Of a stretch of 64,000 nt of DNA, positions 59,873 through 64,000 are shown piece after piece (positions within the stretch are counted from its first letter, which is position 1; each line of letters begins with the position of its first letter). A program made the translations under genes and the position numbers. The stretch comes from an uncultured Clostridia bacterium (GTDB taxonomy: Bacteria; Acidobacteriota; Aminicenantia; UBA2199), in contig CAYRAO010000001.1 in NCBI GenBank assembly GCA_964422395.1, positions 73,530-137,529 on the forward strand. The letters are read 5' to 3'. The notes beneath the pieces are model-generated. The model was not told the origin of the DNA, did no database searches, and saw nothing but the letters and a program-made list of their open reading frames with translations.

Positions 59873-60589
59873 ATGAAAACTCTCGAAGGGAAGGGAATGA
59901 GTATGTCTTTTAAGAAACGGAGAGTTGTAGATAACATTTCCATACTTGTAAAGTCCGGTGAAGTGATAGGTCTTCTCGGACCTAACGGTGCTGGAAAAAC
60001 TACTACATTTCACATGATTCTCGGAATTCATAGACCTGAGTCGGGCAAAATACTCTTAAACAATAAAGATATAACCAAATATCCGATATTCATGAGATCT
60101 CGCTTAGGAATCGGATTTCTCCCTCAAGAACCCTCCGTGTTCAGAGGAATGTCGGTTATTGACAATATTTATGCTGTCCTTGAACATAAAAAAAAAATAG
60201 ATTTATTAAAAATCAACGATATACTAAATGAAATGGGATTGTCCGAATTGAAAAATAGAAAAGCCTCTTTCTTATCGGGAGGAGAAAGAAGGAGATTGGA
60301 AATTGCTAGATCTCTTGTCCTTAATCCCGATTTCCTTCTTCTCGATGAACCTTTTGCAGGGATAGATCCAATCCAGATAAATGAGATAAGGAATCTTATA
60401 ATCTCTTTCAAGGAAAGAGGTTTGGGTATAATAATTACGGATCATAATGTGAGAGAAATATTGAAAATTACCGACAGATCATACATAATAAACAAAGGAG
60501 AACTAATTTTTCAAGGTAATTCAAAAGAACTAATTTCGAATAAGAGAGTTAAAGATGAATATCTCGGAAAAGAATTCAGGTGGCATTAA
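59873..60589 (+). CDS. lptB: LPS export ABC transporter ATP-binding protein
   Basis: Walker A GPNGAGKTT. Signature LSGGERRRLEIARSL. Located immediately upstream of rpoN. Confidence 0.9.
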   Translation: MKTLEGKGMSMSFKKRRVVDNISILVKSGEVIGLLGPNGAGKTTTFHMILGIHRPESGKILLNNKDITKYPIFMRSRLGIGFLPQEPSVFRGMSVIDNIYAVLEHKKKIDLLKINDILNEMGLSELKNRKASFLSGGERRRLEIARSLVLNPDFLLLDEPFAGIDPIQINEIRNLIISFKERGLGIIITDHNVREILKITDRSYIINKGELIFQGNSKELISNKRVKDEYLGKEFRWH

Positions 60590-61983
60590 TGGCAATTAAA
60601 CTTGTTATGAAACCTCAACAAAAACTGCTTATGAATCCTGTAATTCATACCTTTATCGGATTTCTCCCGTTAAGCAGAACTGAATTCACGAAAAAAATAC
60701 AAAATGAGATAGATTCAAACCCGATGTTAGAACTGGATTCCCCCACTTCCGAGAAATCGGAACCTGAAGCACCGAATATTATAGAAAAAAAAATTGAGAG
60801 AGCCGATCAGTCACTTTTCAATACATATATTGAAGACGGTTTTCTAAGGAATAGGGATAAACTCAGTAAAAACAGCGTTATTGAATTATTCGGTTCATCC
60901 AAACCTACACTCTCAGACCACTTAATTCAACAAGCAAGTGTACAATTCTCCGAAAACGAATTGGATTTGGCAAAATATATTATTTACAACCTTAATGACG
61001 ACGGTTATCTTAATTTTGATGTTGAAACAGTAGCAAAATCACTTAATTCAACCCCTGAAAAGTTGGAGGAAATCAGGAATATTATTAAAACCTTTGACCC
61101 GCGAGGAGTTGCCTCCAAATCTCTTTCGGAATGTCTTCTGAGTCAAATTGAGGTTACATTTGAAAACAAAATACTAATTCAGTTAGTTTCGGATCACCTC
61201 GAAGCTCTTTCCAAATCAAAATATTCCGAAGTTTTAACAAAATTAAAAATTAACCGTGAAGAACTTAACGTACTTATGAAAAGATTAAGAAGACTTAATC
61301 CTAAACCCGGTCGTGATTTTTCACAGACTGAAATTGATTATGCAGATGTAGATCTTATCTTAATCAAAGATCCGGAAAAAAAAGAATTTCAGGTGAAATA
61401 TGTTAATGAAGGCATTCCTGATATTGTACTATCTCAGTATTATGATAATATGGCTGGAAAAGCTAAAGACAAAAATACCAAGGACTATTTGAAGGAGAAG
61501 TTAAAAAGTGCAAATTTATTTATTGAAGGGACTGCATTAAGAAGATCAATGATAGAAAAAATTGCGGATTATCTTGTCAAAGCACAAGAAGATTTTTTAA
61601 GATTCGGTGAAAAATGGAAAAAACCGCTAACAATGAGAAAAGTTGCCGATGATCTCGGTTTTAATGAATCTACTATTTCCAGAACAGTCAATAATAAATT
61701 CATTGCTACGGAAAATGGAATTCTTAGTTTAAAAAAATTTTTTTCTTACGGAATAAAAGGTGATTTCGGTTTCATACATTCCGTTGATACGGTAAAAGAT
61801 AAATTGAAAAAAATTATTGAAGATGAACCGAAACAAAAACCTCTATCGGATCAAATTCTTGCAGAAAAACTTAAAGAACTTGGAATTAGAATTTCCAGAA
61901 GAACCGTTCGGAATTACAGAGATGAGTTAAATATACCTAATTCATCGGAAAGAAAAGAAGAATATAAACTAAAAGGAAACTAA
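60580..61983 (+). CDS. rpoN: RNA polymerase sigma-54 factor
   Basis: C-terminal RpoN box (SRRTVRNYR). Core-binding and HTH regions. The start may be 60589 (TAATG overlap). Confidence 0.9.
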   Translation: MALMAIKLVMKPQQKLLMNPVIHTFIGFLPLSRTEFTKKIQNEIDSNPMLELDSPTSEKSEPEAPNIIEKKIERADQSLFNTYIEDGFLRNRDKLSKNSVIELFGSSKPTLSDHLIQQASVQFSENELDLAKYIIYNLNDDGYLNFDVETVAKSLNSTPEKLEEIRNIIKTFDPRGVASKSLSECLLSQIEVTFENKILIQLVSDHLEALSKSKYSEVLTKLKINREELNVLMKRLRRLNPKPGRDFSQTEIDYADVDLILIKDPEKKEFQVKYVNEGIPDIVLSQYYDNMAGKAKDKNTKDYLKEKLKSANLFIEGTALRRSMIEKIADYLVKAQEDFLRFGEKWKKPLTMRKVADDLGFNESTISRTVNNKFIATENGILSLKKFFSYGIKGDFGFIHSVDTVKDKLKKIIEDEPKQKPLSDQILAEKLKELGIRISRRTVRNYRDELNIPNSSERKEEYKLKGN

Positions 61984-61993
61984 AGGAGAAAGA

Positions 61994-62548
61994 ATGAGCA
62001 TTAAGTTTACATCTAAGAACGTAAAGTTCCCGGGTGCTTTAAAAGGATTTACAGAAAAATCTTTAAAAAATATTGAAAAATTCAGTGGAGCAATAATTGA
62101 TTCGGAAATACTTGTTAGTGAAGAAAAAACCGGATTCAGAATTGAAATTGATTTAAAAACAAAGATGCATCACTATCATGTCGAATCCTCCGAACCTCTA
62201 ATAAAACAAGCTCTAAGAAATGCCCTTAATTCAATAAAGATACAAGCAAAAAAGGATAAAGAAAAACTTAAAGGGGATAAAAGGAGAAGAAAAGGTAATT
62301 TCCTTCAAAATTTTTTCGGAAATGATAATTCGATTCCGGAAATAAAAGATGATCATAGAAAGGAGAGGATACGGGTATCAAAGAATTATTCTCAAAAACC
62401 TCTCTCTGTAGAGGAAGCTCTGTTCTTTCTTAGGGAAAGTGGTGAAAATGCGTATATGTTCCTAAATGTCGAAACCGAAAATATTGCTACGGTATTCTTT
62501 GATAAAAATAACGAAATATCATTGATTGATGCAAAAATAGAAAAGTGA
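61994..62548 (+). CDS. hpf: Ribosome hibernation promoting factor (long form)
   Basis: N-terminal MSIKFTSKNVKFPGALKGFTEKSL... plus a C-terminal dimerisation domain. AAAGGAG RBS. Confidence 0.85.
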   Translation: MSIKFTSKNVKFPGALKGFTEKSLKNIEKFSGAIIDSEILVSEEKTGFRIEIDLKTKMHHYHVESSEPLIKQALRNALNSIKIQAKKDKEKLKGDKRRRKGNFLQNFFGNDNSIPEIKDDHRKERIRVSKNYSQKPLSVEEALFFLRESGENAYMFLNVETENIATVFFDKNNEISLIDAKIEK

Positions 62549-63012
62549 AACTCTCAAATATTATAGACAAAGAACTCCTTCTCATGGAATTGAGATCTAA
62601 AAAAACATCCGATGTATTACAAGAAATGACATTGTTCTTAAAAAAAATGAATAAGATATCGGATGATAAAGTGATTCTCACAAAGCTTTTGGATAGAGAA
62701 AAACTTGCTTCAACATCAATTGGGAAAAACACAGCGATTCCCCATGCAAAAATAAAGAATCTTTCAAATCCAATAGTTTTGATTGCAATCAGTAAAAACG
62801 GTTTCCTTTACAACCCAAACGATACTGAACCCGTACATTTGATAATTCTTGTTTTATCTCCAACAGCATCTCCCGCCATTCATCTTCAAATACTTGCTGC
62901 TGCCGCATCAATCATAAAAAAACAAGGAGATATTATTGGAGAACTATTGAAAGCTGAGAATAGTTCGGAACTTGCAAATGTAATAAAAACTTTTGAAGAG
63001 ATAAATGATTAG
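62545..63012 (+). CDS. ptsN: PTS EIIA(Ntr)-type nitrogen regulatory protein
   Basis: GKNTAIPHAKI phosphorylation-site motif. GTG start overlapping the hpf stop. Confidence 0.85.
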   Translation: MKLSNIIDKELLLMELRSKKTSDVLQEMTLFLKKMNKISDDKVILTKLLDREKLASTSIGKNTAIPHAKIKNLSNPIVLIAISKNGFLYNPNDTEPVHLIILVLSPTASPAIHLQILAAAASIIKKQGDIIGELLKAENSSELANVIKTFEEIND

Positions 63013-63922
63013 AACAAAAAAGGGAGTTGCCGTAAGCACATTGCTTGATGTCCCCGATATTAGTATAAAGAAAACATATAATGAGAAATGGCTAAATAAA
63101 AAAATAGCACATCCCGATACTCAAAAACCCGGACTTGCTCTTGCCGGTTATACGGAATTTATAAATCGTGGCAGCCTTCAGGTTTTCGGTAAGACCGAAA
63201 TCGGATATCTCAATAAACTATCGGATTCGGAATGCGAAAAAAGACTCAATGAATTTTTAACAGTTAAATCTCCGGCAATTATTATTTCGGAAGAACAAGA
63301 ATTAAGACGGAGGATAATTGAGATATTTAACAAAAACAGAATATCCATTCTTGTTTCAGACTTAAAGTCTTCACTTCTTATATCTCGTACATCCTCATTT
63401 TTGTTTAAGCATTTCTCAAAAAAAATAAGAATAAACGGTGTCCTTATGGATATAATGGGACAAGGAGTTCTTATTCGCGGAAAATCAGGTATAGGAAAAA
63501 GTGAAACAGCCCTTGAATTGATAAAAAAAGGGCACCAACTCATCTCGGATGATCTTATAGAATTCTACCTTGACTCAAACGATGAACCTGTAGGAAAGTA
63601 TATAGATTCAATAAAAAAGTGGATCGAGGTGAGAGGATTGGGTATTATAAATGTTGTTGACATGTTTGGTTTCGGTGCAATATTGGATGAAAAAAAATTG
63701 GATATAGTTATTGATATGGAGAATTGGGATCCGAAGAAAAAATATGATAGATTGGGAGAAGAAAATTTGTACTTCACTATTCTCGGGAAAGACATACCGC
63801 TTTTCAGACTTCCGGTTGCAGTGGGAAGAAATCTTTCTACTTTGGTTGAAATTACCGTAAAATATTTTATTTCCAGAAAAAGTGGAAGTGAGTCATTTTT
63901 AGAACATTTAAGTGGAAAATAA
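63005..63922 (+). CDS. hprK: HPr kinase/phosphorylase
   Basis: P-loop GVLIRGKSGIGKSETALEL. Length 305 aa. Confidence 0.9.
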   Translation: MIRTKKGVAVSTLLDVPDISIKKTYNEKWLNKKIAHPDTQKPGLALAGYTEFINRGSLQVFGKTEIGYLNKLSDSECEKRLNEFLTVKSPAIIISEEQELRRRIIEIFNKNRISILVSDLKSSLLISRTSSFLFKHFSKKIRINGVLMDIMGQGVLIRGKSGIGKSETALELIKKGHQLISDDLIEFYLDSNDEPVGKYIDSIKKWIEVRGLGIINVVDMFGFGAILDEKKLDIVIDMENWDPKKKYDRLGEENLYFTILGKDIPLFRLPVAVGRNLSTLVEITVKYFISRKSGSESFLEHLSGK

Positions 63923-63924
63923 CA

Positions 63925-64000
63925 ATGATTATTAAAGGTTTGATTATCACTCACGGGGAACTTGGACAATCACTCATCAATGTAGCCGAGAGTATTATGG
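63925..64000 (+). CDS. PTS EIIA (mannose family)-like protein, N-terminal fragment (runs off the window end)
   Basis: MIIKGLIITHGELGQSLINVAESIM resembles the EIIA-Man N-terminus (His phosphorylation site in THGE). Confidence 0.4.
   Translation, partial: MIIKGLIITHGELGQSLINVAESIM

Noticed and set aside
895-63543. Numerous 60-145 aa ORFs in the six-frame track lying antisense to, or embedded within, large well-supported genes. Examples are 895..1131, 1575..1868, 3868..4077, 4129..4398, 5427..5654, 7701..8003, 19036..19410, 23499..23744, 33046..33246, 44243..44668, 51072..51332 and 63178..63543.
   Set aside because: They are fully contained in CDSs with strong motif support on the other strand or frame. 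They lack RBSs and have the low-complexity composition expected from AT-rich antisense sequence, so they are treated as spurious.
1-64000. CRISPR arrays, tRNA or rRNA genes, IS elements or integrases.
   Set aside because: No regularly spaced direct repeats were seen. No tRNA-like T-arm or acceptor patterns appear in the few spacers longer than 100 nt. No transposase or integrase motifs (DDE, tyrosine recombinase R-H-R-Y) occur in any ORF.

Overview
This 64 kb window is AT-rich (roughly one-third GC by eye) and densely packed with genes, and it reads as core chromosome of a Gram-negative bacterium. LPS and outer-membrane genes are present (lptB, an LpxH-like phosphoesterase, outer-membrane beta-barrel proteins ending in Phe). 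A Bat (aerotolerance-type) operon and a Reg_prop/Y_Y_Y sensor kinase hint at an FCB-superphylum-like organism, but taxonomy is unresolved.

Most genes are recognisable housekeeping functions:
- Aminoacyl-tRNA synthetases: cysS, trpS, metG.
- The rpmE-prfA-prmC translation operon.
- Other housekeeping genes: folP, hisC, scpAB, nadK, tlyA, coaX, rlpA.
- The conserved lptB-rpoN-hpf-ptsN-hprK-EIIA(Man) cluster.

I found no CRISPR array, no tRNA or rRNA genes, no obvious mobile element, and no clear defence or toxin system.

Several loci are less ordinary:
- A tandem array of three small paralogous lipoproteins with mosaic identity blocks.
- A sigma-54 enhancer-binding protein next to a small secreted protein that carries a candidate -24/-12 promoter.
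- A GC-rich structured element in a spacer.
- A large outer-membrane protein with HExxH, a TolB-like propeller and a C-terminal barrel.
- Two paralogous secreted beta-propeller-like proteins.
- A truncated Bat cluster.
- Several operons of unannotatable proteins.

None of these can be called a new system from sequence alone; they are flagged with modest interest. Where a sequence-supported alternative start existed (RBS or signal-peptide logic), the CDS start was refined from the ORF track.
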